A stretch of 64,000 nucleotides of DNA from Mobula hypostoma (lineage: Eukaryota). Positions within the stretch are counted from its first letter, which is position 1. The number at the start of each line of letters is the position of its first letter. The position numbers and the translations under genes are program-made. The notes under the pieces were generated by a model that made no database searches, had not been told where the DNA came from, and saw nothing but the letters and a program-made list of their open reading frames with translations. Below, one piece after another: positions 51,798 to 64,000 of this stretch. Where the stretch lies: assembly GCF_963921235.1 (NCBI RefSeq), contig NC_086097.1:230704001-230768000 (forward strand), written 5' to 3'.

Positions 51798-52085
51798 AGC
51801 ATGGCAATGTAGTCATTAGCATACTGTGACTGCGGCACCAGCAAACCAGATCCGTCTGTAAGAAGCTGGTATCTTCTCCCTGTCACTGCGTAGATTTCCT
51901 CAGGTTGCTGTGGTTTCCTCCCACATTCCAAAGGTGTACTGTTTAGGATTAGTAAGTTTTGGGCATGAAGCATGGCATTACTTGCTGGATGCCCCCAGCA
52001 CATCCTGGCACTGTGGCCAATGACACAGATAACACATATCACTATATGTTTCAATGCACGTGTGACAAATAAAACTAATCTACTA
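51798..52085 (+). mobile_element. V-SINE with Rex1-like tail
   Basis: tttcctcaggttgctgtggtttcctcccacattccaaag and a gtgacaaataaaactaatct tail. Confidence 0.7.
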
Positions 52086-52493
52086 TTTAAATGCGGTGTC
52101 ACCTGGAGGTGAAACAAGACTCATTATATTATGATTTTAAATTGACATGACATTTGTCATCTTATTTGTTCTGCCCAATATTGTTCATATATTGGCTAAA
52201 TATTTAACTATGATCAGTAAAAATACATAAGGTATAATCAATGCTGTATGACAATAAACCATTGGGGATGGAGTAGGGGGTGATGGTGGTAAGATCATGC
52301 TGTAAACAGATTAGGAGCAAAATCGATAATGTGTATGTGATTCAGATACCTCGGGTAACATCAACAGTTTTATTTAAGTTAAGCAAACAATATGTAAGGT
52401 TGAAAGATTCTAATATGGCAAAAGGTAAAACAAAAATTGTACTTGAACTCCAAGTTGCAGTCTGTTCATGGGCTTTTACTCTTTCTTCAACAG

Positions 52494-53143
52494 GACTGAA
52501 TAGCACACCACATCCTTCCAGCTTCCTTGTAGAGAGTTCTGATGTTGCTAATACACTTGAGCCTCCTCCAGAGAAGTTAGCAAAACAGGTGCAATTGGAA
52601 AAGCCCATTAAATCAGAAGACTTTAAGGGGGAAGACATGGTTTGTAGATTCCATCTAACTCAACTATCTGCTATAGAGCCTCCAAGTCAGGATGGAAGTA
52701 CCCAAAGTCCTTGGAGAAGTTTATCCACTTGTGATGCCTTCACACAAGTGGATCACCTATTCAATGGGATTCCGCAAGTACAAAAAGAGGGATTTGACAA
52801 AATACATGACGATTTAGTGGATATAAGAACCACTATCCGGTCTAGTCTAGAAAGTACTCAAGCTGGAATGCAAAATGGTCTGGATCGTCTGCAGTCTGCT
52901 GTTCAGAAAGAAGCTGGGAAAAGTTCTGCCTATTCTGGTTTGCCTGCAATAGAAACTGAAATGAGAGAACTGAAATGCATTGTTCAGTCTGAGATAAAAC
53001 GGGTTGAGAGGTCTATCAAGTCAAGCTTTGATATTCTGAATAGTAATATTGCTGCACTGAATCAGAATATTGTTGAACTGGGCAATGTGCTAACTCTGAT
53101 TCATGCTTGTAATTCTTCTGGTGCAATGTCTCAAGATGTCTGA
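52494..53143 (+). CDS. AKAP7-like gene, putative terminal coding exon F (~216 aa, Ser/Pro-rich linker plus predicted coiled coil)
   Basis: Strong acceptor cttttactctttcttcaacAG (52492-52493). Its phase 1 puts it in the frame of the 52280-53143 ORF (GLNSTPHPSSF...GAMSQDV*). Non-repetitive sequence, with AATAAA signals ~200 nt after the stop. Confidence 0.75.
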
Positions 53144-53345
53144 ATATTGTACAGAACACAGGGTCTCTGTCATGTTAGCATAATTGCTGTTATTGGGAAT
53201 ATCTCAAAGGCAGAGTCTCGGTACCATTCAGACAAATCACTGATAAGAAATTGCACACCCAAGATTCAACTTCATTGCCTGAAAATCTCCTACAGTGCCT
53301 AGAGAAAGAAGACGTGAGAAGTAATTATAGATAATATATTTTACA

Positions 53346-53373
53346 AATAAAATTGATTTTTCTCCTCAATAAA
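53346..53373 (+). promoter_or_regulatory. Candidate polyadenylation signals of the AKAP7-like gene
   Basis: Two AATAAA hexamers (53346-53351, 53368-53373) downstream of the exon F stop. The region is AT-rich, so chance occurrence is possible. Confidence 0.5.
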
Positions 53374-54651
53374 TTGAAAATGGATTACTGTGATTTAGAG
53401 AAATCAATTCGTAGGAATAGAACTTTATCTAATTAGCATTGAAAAATCACTAGGACATTGTGCAGGAATCAACTTGCACACAGTGGATAATAGAAGCAAA
53501 AATGAAATGAATATTTGGTTGAGAACTAAATAACAGTTGATTGGGACATGAGATGGAATTCCTTAGGGTCCCTTATTTCAAAGCTTCCAAGTACTTTTTT
53601 TTTAATCTATGTGATGGGAGGGAGTGGGTCAATCATCTCAAAATAAAAGGGACCACTGTCTCTGCTGAACTACCTCCAGATGGTTCAGGCAAAAATAAAA
53701 AGGCTGATTTCATGCACTTAAGTTTCAGAAGGATGACTGGAATCTATAGTCGTATGACTCAGAGATTAAAGTGCTACCATCAGTTCAAACCAGATACACA
53801 ATGTATGTCTTGCAATGATTCTGCCTTGAGCTACTACTTGATTAAACTTGGTTTAGAACATCGTGCACATTTGGAACGTGGGCAATACTAGAGGTACTCA
53901 ACAGGTCTTTCAGCATTTGGAGAGAGAAAATATATTTCTGATCAATGAATATCAAAAGGTTTTCCTTCACTTGTTAATCATTTTTTTTTTAAATGGACAT
54001 TTGGATGATTTCTGTGCCAGATTGGGTATTGCACAAATTATTTTCTTTCTGAAACATATACAATATTGACTTAACTATGTTGAATGGAATCTATGATATT
54101 AAAGAGAATAAAGTTAATAGAAAATAACTGTTTTCCTTGTATCCTAAAACTTATTACATAAGTGGTGTAATGTAATGTAACACAGGTTTGGTAGTGCCAG
54201 ACTGGACTTCAGCAACATATTCAATACTCTGAAACAAGATGTTATTAAACCCATAGTTTTCTGTGAACTTCAGATTAACATTTTGTATAGCTTCCCAGAA
54301 ATAGATTACATGTGTATTGTGGCCTCTAGAATCAAGGGGAAAACATGATTTCTGGAACAGTAGAACCATGCATTAGGATTAATCAATTACATTTTCTTGG
54401 ATTTCGAGCTTTCACAGCAGCTATCGGCATAATTAATTGAGTTCACGCAGGTACCAAATGGATAAAAACGCTGGTTGTATTACTACTAATCGGTTCTTAA
54501 AAGTACTGATTTAGTTGTTAAATTTTATTTGAGTGAAAATCAGGTAAAGGATCATATTGACATTTAAAAAAAAACATAAGCTTGTAACCTTTGCAATAAA
54601 GTCCTTCCAAATCTGTTGTTTTGAAAAAGCAGTTAAGCAGAAAATCTTCTT

Positions 54652-55158
54652 TACTATACTTTATACTTCATTGTTGCCAAACAATTGATACTAGAACGTA
54701 CAATCACCACAGCGATATTTGATTCTGCGCTTCCCGCTCCCTGGATTATAAATATTAAATATTAAAAATAGTAAAAATTAGTAAATATTAAAAATTTAAA
54801 TTATAAATCATAAATAGAAAATAGTAAGAAAACCGAGAGGCAGGTCCGGATATTTGGAGGGTACGGCCCAGATCCAGGTCAGGATCCGTTCAGCAGTCTT
54901 ATCACAGTTGGAAAGAAGCTGTTACCAAATCTGGCCGTACGAGTCTTCAAGCTCCTGAGCCTTCTCCCGGAGGGAAGAGGGACGAAAAGTGTGTTGGCTG
55001 GGTGGGTCGTGTCCTTGATTATCCTGACAGCACTGCTCCGACAGCGTGTGGTGTAAAGGGAGTCCAAGGACGGAAGATTGGTTTGTGTGATGTGCTGCAC
55101 TGTGTTCACGATCTTCTGCAGCTTCTTCCGGTCTTGGACAGGACAACTTCCATACCAG
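54652..55158 (-). mobile_element. Rex1/Babar 3' end
   Basis: WYGSCPVQDRKKLQKIVNTVQHI...HPANTLFVPLPSGRRLRSLKTRTARFGNSFFPTVIRLLN. Confidence 0.88.
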
Positions 55159-56074
55159 TAATCATTCTGAAAGCATTGAAATATTTTTCTGCCAATGGAT
55201 TGCAAATTGAAAATAGTATAACGAGCATTTAAATAGGTTCTTTCCACAATGAAGATTTACTTAACATAAGCTAATCCGTAGGGCCACAAGTGTGCTTGTT
55301 TCAAAAAAACTGTCAAAGATGGCAAATATATAAACTCTATAGCTCAATGCATCAATAATTTATTTGAAGATTTTGCAGCAAAAGTACAAAATAATTCATA
55401 AGAAGTAAATTCTACAATTTCATCTTTATCACTAATGCTTAATGTACATTTTAGCAGCTCATTGTTTCATCTGACACTATTATCTGGGGAGCAATTGATC
55501 AATCAAGGTGTTTCAGTAATTTTTAGCTCAACTGAGTGATACTATAGGAGGCAGATTTGTTATAGCGGAAGTGTGGCGGGCGAGCTGGGGTCAGGACTGG
55601 CCCCTTACCTTGGTGCTGTTCTTCAGTGTTAGCTCATTGGCAGATTGCATGGCTACACTAGCATCTGATGGTCGGACTGCTGCAGACTTGTTCTTGCCGA
55701 TAATATCTATGTACCATCAACCTACAGGACGTGACACTCAAGAACATAAGCTATGTTATTTTTTGTGTGACTAGCATTACTGCTGTCTTGTTCGCTATAT
55801 GTGGCTTGTGCACTCCAGTGTACTGGAGGTACACGGTTTCATTTGGCTGTATTCATGGGTATTCATCTATGGTTGAATGATAATTAAACTGAAATAGTTA
55901 ATAAAAAACTCTTTAACAAATTGGTTTAGTATTTGAAATTGATTTAATTCTAATCTATCTGATATTTGTAACAAAACAATGCTGTAATCCAGATTTTCTT
56001 TAAAAATCCAACATGATGTGTGATGTAAGGAAGATTTTTGTCACTTGTTATTTGCAGAAATGGCATTCAATTGT

Positions 56075-56350
56075 TTATTTAGAGATACAGTGTGGAACAG
56101 GCCCTTCTGATTCAACAGGCCGCACCACCCAGCAACCCACCTATTTAATCCTAGCCTAATCATAGGACCATTTACAATGACCAATTAACCTACCAACCAG
56201 TACGTCTTTAGACTGTGGGAGGGAACCCACGTGTTCATGGGGAGGATGGATAAACTCCTTACAGTACGGCACCGGCTTTGAACTCTAAACTCTGAGCTCC
56301 GTCCTGAGCTGTAACAGCATGGCACTGACTATCGGGCTACCGTGGCACCT
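56075..56350 (-). mobile_element. V-SINE with CR1-like tail
   Basis: caatgaccaattaacctaccaaccagtacgtctttagactgtgggaggga (V-domain reverse). Confidence 0.7.
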
Positions 56351-56833
56351 CTGAAATTATTCTGTGGGGATGGTTGGGTGGGATATGTTGATTCTGTCCT
56401 TCAAGAGAGAAAAGGCTCTATTATATAATTTTCTAGGTTACCTCAGTGTAAAGTGGAATAAGCATAGATTAGAGACATTACTAAAGCAACTCTGAGATAA
56501 TGGAATTTTAAAAATTCTTAGGGATGGCTTGAAGGCTTGGGTAAATCCTGACAAGTGCACACACAAGAAATAGAAGTGCAGATGCAATAGAATATCTGAG
56601 ATGAATTACTGCAGATCAAAAGTGCCTCCATGTAATGGAATATATTACCAAAGTTGTTGCTTATTTCATGGTTTCATAAAAATACAAGACCAATCTGATG
56701 ATAGAGGTAATATGTTACTGTAAACTGCTTTGCAAAGTAGATTTGTTTCTGCACAACAGTGTATAATTTTGAATAATGGTGTTTTATTGTAGGCTAATAT
56801 CAGCCAGGATCAAACCCGTAAGTGAATATAAAT

Positions 56834-56913
56834 CAGAGGTCCCCAACTTTTTTTTCGGCCATGCATCAATATCATTAACGAAGGCGTCTGTGAACCCCAG
56901 TTTGGGAACCCTG
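56834..56913. mobile_element. 80-bp hAT/Charlie-type MITE
   Basis: TIRs CAGAGGTCCCCAAC and TTTGGGAACCCTG; imperfect 8-bp flanks ATATAAAT and ATGTAAGT. Confidence 0.7.
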
Positions 56914-57119
56914 ATGTAAGTAATTGGACAAATTTTTTCCAGAATTAATTGTTGGGCCAGTGATAGCTTTTTTTCTTGAACAAATCAAAAACATTGAATG
57001 CTAGGAGCACTCAGTAGGCCAGGCAGCACCTATAGAAAGAGAAACAGACTGTCAGAAATCAATATAAAATGTAAACTGATGCGATCTGATCTGCTTAACA
57101 TTTCCAGAAATTTCTACTT

Positions 57120-57620
57120 TAGAACGTGTAAAGCATGGATACAAGGCCTTCTGAAGAATTTGCCCATGTCAACCAAGGTGGCGTACTGAAATTCATCACA
57201 TTTACCTGTATGTGGCCAATATCCTTCTGAACCTTTCCTATTGTTTAAACATTGTAATTATATCCACCTCTACTACTTCACCTAACAGACCCTCCTCCCT
57301 CTGTATGGAAAAACGTGTCCCTCAGGACCATTTCAAATCTTTCCATTTGACTTTCATGTGCTTGTTTGATTTTACTGTCCACTGGAATGAACGTCAGAGT
57401 TAGTGAGAAACATTAAATATACATCCTCTGGTTTTAGTCTCCCATAACTCTGGGTGGTGGGAAGAGACTCTATGCATTCATCTTATCTATGACCCCCACG
57501 ATTTTTATAAGGTCACACCACCAGCCTCATTTGCTTCAGTGAAAACTATCCCAGCCTATCCAACCTCACCTTGTAAATCAAGTTCTCCAGTCCCAGCGAC
57601 ATCCTTGCAAATCTTTACGG
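57120..57620 (-). mobile_element. Decayed CR1 3' fragment
   Basis: cccagcctatccaacctc...ccagtcccagcgacatccttgcaaatct, reverse of a CR1 3' ORF2 region. Confidence 0.6.
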
Positions 57621-58859
57621 TGCCCCCTTTCACTTTTGGTATTGAGACTGGATCCCAGAACTGGCTAATGTGGAAAGCAAAATCTCAAGTATCTTTGTTG
57701 GTTGAAATGTTTATAAATTTAGCTGGGGCATTTATTCGTTGTTTGGGATTATTTAAGAGTTGTGGATAGCAGGCACTAATACAACTAAAAACTAGTCTTC
57801 ATCGTGTTTTTTTTAAAATCTGTTTAAATGTGAATTACAAGCAGTTTTGAAATGAAATAACTTAGTGGTGACTGCTGTTTGTTCAGAGCACAGGCTACTG
57901 GCCCACATCAGGAGATCACTCAATGATATGGTTTTGCAAATGACGTGACCATGAGATGTTCTTGTATGCATTAGACAACTACGTCAATGAGGGAGTGTTA
58001 ATTGGCCTGCTTCGGGTAGCTTCAGCTAGATTATTTTGCACCATTGCAACTGAAATCAAGAAAGCTTCCAGACCAGCTTTGTCATTTAGCACATCAAACA
58101 CAGTCATAAGCATATTTGTACACTATCAATAATTAGGATATTTATGTAACGTACCCATGGAGTTAGCCCTCACAACACTAATTTTGGGCACCTAGGTTCA
58201 GAAGCATTTAGGCCATCGTGTGTATTACTTTGTCACAGAAAAAGTGTCTTGTAAGTTACTGTATACTCACATGGTGAAAATATTATTCAATGGAGCCATT
58301 TGTCACTCAAAACTATTTAAGTAAATAATGTCACTGAGGTTATTGAAAGCATATTGAATCACTTGCCATTATCTTTATTTTTAAGAGTATAAATAAGAAC
58401 TTGACGTACTTTGAGTTCAGAGAGATTCTGCTGAATAGGTTCTCGAAGAGACTGCCTGCCAGATTACACTTTGTATTTATCATCTTCAGTCTCCAGCGAC
58501 TTGGTCACAGTCACAACATTGATAATATGCTAACATCACTGAATTGTAAGAATTTCAAAATGTGCTAAATTTGACAGTAAACACTACAATTTCTAAGGTG
58601 GGGGGAATTTTGTGGTCATCTCTTTACCTTAATTTTTAGGTTCATTTCAATAATTGTTTTAAACATTTGTTTTCAGAGTTTTGATTAAAATAGGATGTTG
58701 GAATATGAAACGCATGTATATAATTTGTCCAGTCAGGGTCAGAGGTATGATTATAATAGACTATTCATTATCTTCTATGTAGATAAAGGCTTCCATCTAC
58801 TTTGAATATCTAACCTTTGATATTTACCTAATGGAATGAATTGGAGTATGCACAGGAAT

Positions 58860-60835
58860 CTGAATCAGAATCAGGTTTATAATCACCAGCATGTGTCGTG
58901 AAATTTTGTTAACTTAGCAGCAGCAGTTCGATGCAATACATAATATAGAAAAAATAAATAAGTAAATCAATTACAATGGGTGTGCGTATATGTATATATG
59001 TGTGTGTGTATATATATATATAATGTGTATGTGTGTGTGTGTGTATATTGACTATTAAAAATAGTGCAAAACAAAATGTATATGTTTTTTAAAAGTAAGG
59101 TAATGTTCATGGATTCAATGTCCATTTAGGAACCATATGGCAGAGAGGGGAAGAAGCTGTTCCTGAGTTGCTGTGTGTGAGCCTTCAGGCTTCTGTACCT
59201 CCTTCCTGATGGTAACAATGAGAAGAGGGCATGTCCTGGCTGATGGGGGTCCTGAATGATGGACATAGCCTTTCTGAGGCACTGCTCCTGGAAGATATCT
59301 TGGGTACTATGGAGGCTAATACCCAAGATGGAATTGACTAATTTTATCACTTTCTATAGCTTCTTTCGGTCTTGTGCAGTAGCGCACCCCCTCCCACACC
59401 AGACAGTGATGCAGCTTGACAGAATGCTCGCCACAGTTAATCTATAGAAGTTTGAGTGTTTTGGCGTTTTTCAAACTCCTAATGAAATATAGTCACTATC
59501 TTGCCTTCTTTATAGCTGCATCAATATGTTGGGATCAGATTGGATTCTCAGAGATCTTGACACCCAGGAACTTGAAATTGCTCACTCTCTCCACTTCTGG
59601 TCCCTGTATGAGGATTGGTTCATATTCCCTCATCTTACCCTTCCTGAAGTCCACAACCAGCTCTTTTGTCTTACTGACATTGAGTGCCAGGTTGTTGCTG
59701 TGACACCACTCAACTAGCTGGTATATCTCACTCCTGTATGCTTGCTCACTTCCATCTGAGATTCTATGAACAATGGTTGTATCATCAGCAAATTTATAAA
59801 TGTATTTGAGCAATACCTAGCCACACTGTCATGGGTATATAGAGAGAGCAGAGCAGTGGGATAAGCACACACCCTGAGGTGTGACAGTGTTGATCATCAG
59901 TGAGGAGGAGATATTATCACCAATCCAGACACAGTGTAGTCTTCCGGTTAGGAAAGGATTCAACTGCAGAGAGAGGTACAGAGTCCCAGGTTCTATAACT
60001 TATTGATCAGGATCATTGGAATGATGGTATTAAGCGCTGAGCTGTAGTCAATGAACAGCATCCTGACATAGGTGTTTGTGTTATCCAGGTGATTGAAGGC
60101 CATGTGAAGAGCAATTGAGATTACGTCTGTCGTTGACCTATTGTGGCAATAGGCAAATTGCAGTGGGTCCAGGTCCTTGCCGAGGCAAGAGTTCATTCTA
60201 GTCAAGACTAACCTCTCAAAGCATTTCATCACCATAGATGTGAGTGCTACCAAGCGATAGTCATTAAGGCAGATCACACTACTCTTAAGCACTGGTATAA
60301 TTGTTGCCTTTTTGAAACAGGTGGGAACTTCTGACCATAGCAGTAGGAAGTTGAAAATGTCCTTGAATACTCCCATCAATTGGTTGGCACAAGTTTTCAG
60401 AGCCTTACAATGTATTCCATCGAGGTCTGCTGCCTTCGAGGGTCCATCCTCCTTAGAGTCAGCCTAACATCGGCCTCCAAGACAGAGATCACAGGGTTAC
60501 TGGGTGCAGCAGGGATCGCCACAGCTGTGGTTATACTCTCTCTTTCAAAGTGGTCATAGAAGACACAGAGCTCATCTGGTAATGAAGCATTGCTGCCATT
60601 CATGCTGTTGGGTTTTACTCTGTAGGAAGTAATGTTTTGCAAACCCTGCCAGAGTTGTTGTGCATTTGATGTCACCTCCAACCTCACTTGCAATTGTCTC
60701 TTTGCCCATGAAATAGCCTTCTACAAGTCGTACCTGTTTTTTCTGTGTGTACCTGGGCCTCCAGACAAATGCCACAGATTTAGCCATCACCAGACGACGT
60801 ACCTCCGGTTCATCCATGGCTTTTGGCTTGGTAAG
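58860..60835 (-). mobile_element. Rex1/Babar retrotransposon, ~2 kb, with a (TG/TA)n microsatellite at ~58980-59048
   Basis: [21 protein letters not shown]...[37 protein letters not shown]-like segment, and an (ATCAGA)n-type tail. Confidence 0.9.
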
Positions 60836-62068
60836 TTGCTGTGGTGTGCACACTCGAGAGTTGCCCTTAAAAATGAATAATATCTTACAGAATCAGAGCA
60901 AAAAGAGGCCATTTGGCTTGATGAATTTGTATTAGTTTTGTGTCAAAGCAGTCCAAGTCCCACTCTCCGGTTCAAGATAAAATATTTATTTTTGTACTTT
61001 CTGAATGTTACTATTGATTATCTGATTATGCATCTCAGATCTTAAATATTTTCTGGTTATTTTAAAAATAACGTGACACTTTTCTTTGTGTCAATCATCC
61101 TCATTTTCTGTCCCCTTTCTCTTTGCAATGTGAATTTACATTGGCTTAAATGCCGGTCCCATTGCAATGCACTGAATTGAAAATATTGCAAAATCTCTTT
61201 AATGAAAATCATTGAGGCTACAGTTATAGTTTTTCCATGTTCATATTGGTTCCTGTTGCTGCCTTGAACAGGTTTTACAAAACAAGCTCTGAATTTCATT
61301 CCCAGTGTGCATGTGTTGGTGTAAGCAATGTTAATGTTCCGAATTACTTGGTCCAAAAAACATTTTAAACAAAACTTGTATAATGATAAGATTACAAATA
61401 CTTGCCCATAGTTCACATTGCTGTGCTCGCGTTTAATAAGGATTCAGAAAAATACAATAAACCCATGGCTTTGAATGCTAAAAAGTACCACGGTAGATTT
61501 TTCCCTGCTACCAGCAACCGGATTGAATTAAATTAATTACATTCTTTTGAACAACTGATTTATTGGTGTTAGAGATGCAGAGCATATGTAATAAAAACAA
61601 TAACATGCATGAACATGTTATGAGGTTAAGACTATTAAACCTTACAAATTATGTGAGAATATATTAAATTAGTATACACTGTTCTGAAGAGAAAGCAGAA
61701 GAAATCACTTGTAATGATGGCTGATTTTTTTAAATAGTTAGTAAGCTTTGAAATTGTTTTTGTATGTGAACTCTGAGTGATGCTCCAATAACACTGACCA
61801 AATAAACTGCGTGTACTGATTTGGTTGAGACCAAATAAGAATTTTACAGATGATATAGATATTTCATTGTTTTACTTTGCAAGAAAAGTGCACACATTTG
61901 GAGTTTTTGCTTCTTAGAGTGTCAGTGCTCGGCAGTTCTTCTCAGAGTTCTATTTCAGATCTGTTAATTATTATGTAATTATCTTATGAAAAGAACTGAT
62001 GTAATATTGCTTTTATGTTTTATGCATTTGATCTTCAAGGAAACAAAAACTGAGCTGCATTATAATGT

Positions 62069-63691
62069 TAGTAGGGAAGTGGTGTTAGGTAAATTGAAGG
62101 GATTGAAGGCAGATAAATCCCCAGGGCCAGATGGTCTGCATCCTAGAGTGCTTAAGGAAGTAGCCCAAGAAATAGTGGATGCATTAGTGATAATTTTTCA
62201 AAACTTGTTAGATTCTGGACTAGTTCCTGAGGATTGGAGGGTGGCTAATGTAACCCCACTTTTTAAAAAGGAAGGGAGAGAGAAACCGGGGAATTATAGA
62301 CCGGTTAGCCTAACGTCGGTGGTGGGGAAACTGCTGGAGTCAGTTATCAAGGATGTGATAACAGCACATTTGGAAAGCGGTGAAATGATCGGACAAAGTC
62401 AGCATGGATTTGTGAAAGGAAAATCATGTCTGACGAATCTCATAGAATTTTTTGAGGATGTAACTAGTAGAGTGGATAGGGGAGAACCAGTGGATGTGGT
62501 ATATTTGGATTTTCAAAAGGCTTTTGACAAGGTCCCACACAGGAGATTAGTGTGCAAACTTAAAGCACACAGTATTGGGGGTAAGGTATTGGTGTGGGTG
62601 GAGAATTGGTTAGCAGACAGGAAGCAAAGAGTGGGAATAAACAGGACCTTTTCAGAATGGCAGGTGGCGACTAGTGGGGTACCGCAAGGCTCAATGCTGG
62701 GACCCCAGTTGTTTACAATATATATTAATGACTTGGATGAGGGAATTAAATGCAGCATCTCCAAGTTTGCGGATGACACGAAGCTGGGTGGCAGTGTTAG
62801 CACTGAGGAGGATGCTAAGAGGATGCAGAGTGACTTGGATAGGTTGGGTGAGTGGGCAAATTCATGGCAGATGTAATTTAATGTGGATAAATGTGAAGTT
62901 ATCCACTTTGGTGGCAAAAATAGGAAAACAGATTATTATCTGAATGGTGGCCGATTAGGAAAAGGGGAGGTGCAACGAGACCTGGGTGTCATTATACACC
63001 AGTCATTGAAAGTGGGCATGCAGGTACAGCAGGTGGTGAAAAAGGCGAATGGTATGCTGGCATTTATAGCGAGAGGATTCGAGTACAGGAGCAGGGAGGT
63101 ACTACTGCAGTTGTACAAGGCCTTGGTGAGACCACACCTGGAGTATTGTGTGCAGTTTTGGTCCCCTAATCTGAGGAAAGACATCTTTGCCATAGAAGGA
63201 GTACAAAGAAAGTTCACCAGATTGATTCCTGGGATGGCAGGACTTTCATATGAAGAAAGACTGGATGAACTGGGCTTGTACTCGTTGGAATTTAGAAGAT
63301 TGAGGGGGATCTGATTGAAACGTATAAGATCCTAAAGGGATTGGACAGGCTAGATGCAGGAAGATTGTTCCCGATGTTGGGGAAGTCCAGAACGAGGGGC
63401 CACAGTTTGAGGATAGAGGGGAAGCCTTTTAGGACCGAGATTAGGAAAAACTTCTTCACACAGAGAGTGGTGAATCTGTGGAATTCTCTGCCACAGGAAA
63501 CTGTTGAGGCCAGTTCATTGGCTATATTTAAGAGGGAGTTAGATATGGCCCTTGTGGCTACGGGGGTCAGGGGGTATGGAGGGAAGGCTGGGGCGGGGTT
63601 CTGAGATGGATGATCAGCCATGATCATAATAAATGGCGGTGCAGGCTCGAAGGGCCGAATGGCCTACTCCTGCACCTATTTTCTATGTTTC
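62069..63691 (+). mobile_element. Young 5'-truncated CR1 LINE
   Basis: Full RT motifs in 61986-62876 and 62883-63314, one premature TAA (62874-62876), a 1-nt frameshift at ~63305, and a tttctatgtttcta tail. Candidate TSD TATAAYGT at 62061-62068 and 63692-63699. Confidence 0.95.
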
Positions 63692-64000
63692 TATAACGTG
63701 TAAAGGAAATATGAACTGCTTTTCATTCTGGTTAACCCTGAATTGGCTGCTGGACATACTTCAGACCAGAATGGAGAAGGAAGATAGTTTAATTATCCCA
63801 AGAGAATACTCATTTTGGAGCAGACTATTGAATTAATGGAATCTATGTCATTCAAAATATTTGATGCTGCTTCAACCCTTACCCCTGGGCAGAGTTTTCC
63901 ATGCACCTAACTTGGAAACTGGGTTGAAAATATGTTGGATGCATAATGAGTTATTTTCTTTCTTTCTTTTTAAATCTTTTTATTGAATAAGTATACAAAA

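Noticed and set aside
52280..52493. 5' part of the 287-aa ORF as a standalone single-exon gene
   Set aside because: The ORF begins at a GTG and includes the polypyrimidine tract and acceptor at 52493. It is better explained as intron that happens to be open upstream of exon F.
57960..58545. Possible minus-strand exons (VAMVQNNLAEATRSRPINTPSLT*; donor-like AAA|GTACGT near 58410)
   Set aside because: No recognisable protein, and the upstream candidate has stops in all three frames from its best acceptor.
61057..61416. 119-aa minus-strand ORF
   Set aside because: AT-rich with no domain or splice support; likely spurious.

Overview
Repeat-rich vertebrate genomic DNA. The repeat set (CR1/HER1-like LINEs, HE1/V-SINEs, Rex1/Babar, Penelope) suggests a cartilaginous fish, probably a ray (inference). 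One protein-coding gene can be reconstructed on the + strand: six phase-compatible exons (1304-1461, 12015-12151, 23749-23918, 33243-33355, 48620-48767, 52494-53143) of an AKAP7-like 2H-phosphoesterase gene whose 5' exon(s) are not identified and probably lie upstream of the window. Both catalytic HxT motifs are intact and one intron is GC-AG. The expected AKAP7 PKA-RII-binding last exon is replaced by an unrelated ~216-aa coiled-coil-like tail. The rest is mostly nested transposons: CR1, Rex1/Babar, RTE and RTE-derived SINEs, Penelope fragments with minimal hammerhead ribozymes, a HERO/NeSL-type RLE retrotransposon, a Chapaev3-like DNA transposon and MITEs. The most unexpected feature is an RTE-type SINE at ~34445-34985 carrying two pieces of CYHR1/ZFTRAF1 coding sequence in swapped order. 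Repeat boundaries are approximate and family names come from recalled motifs, not database searches.
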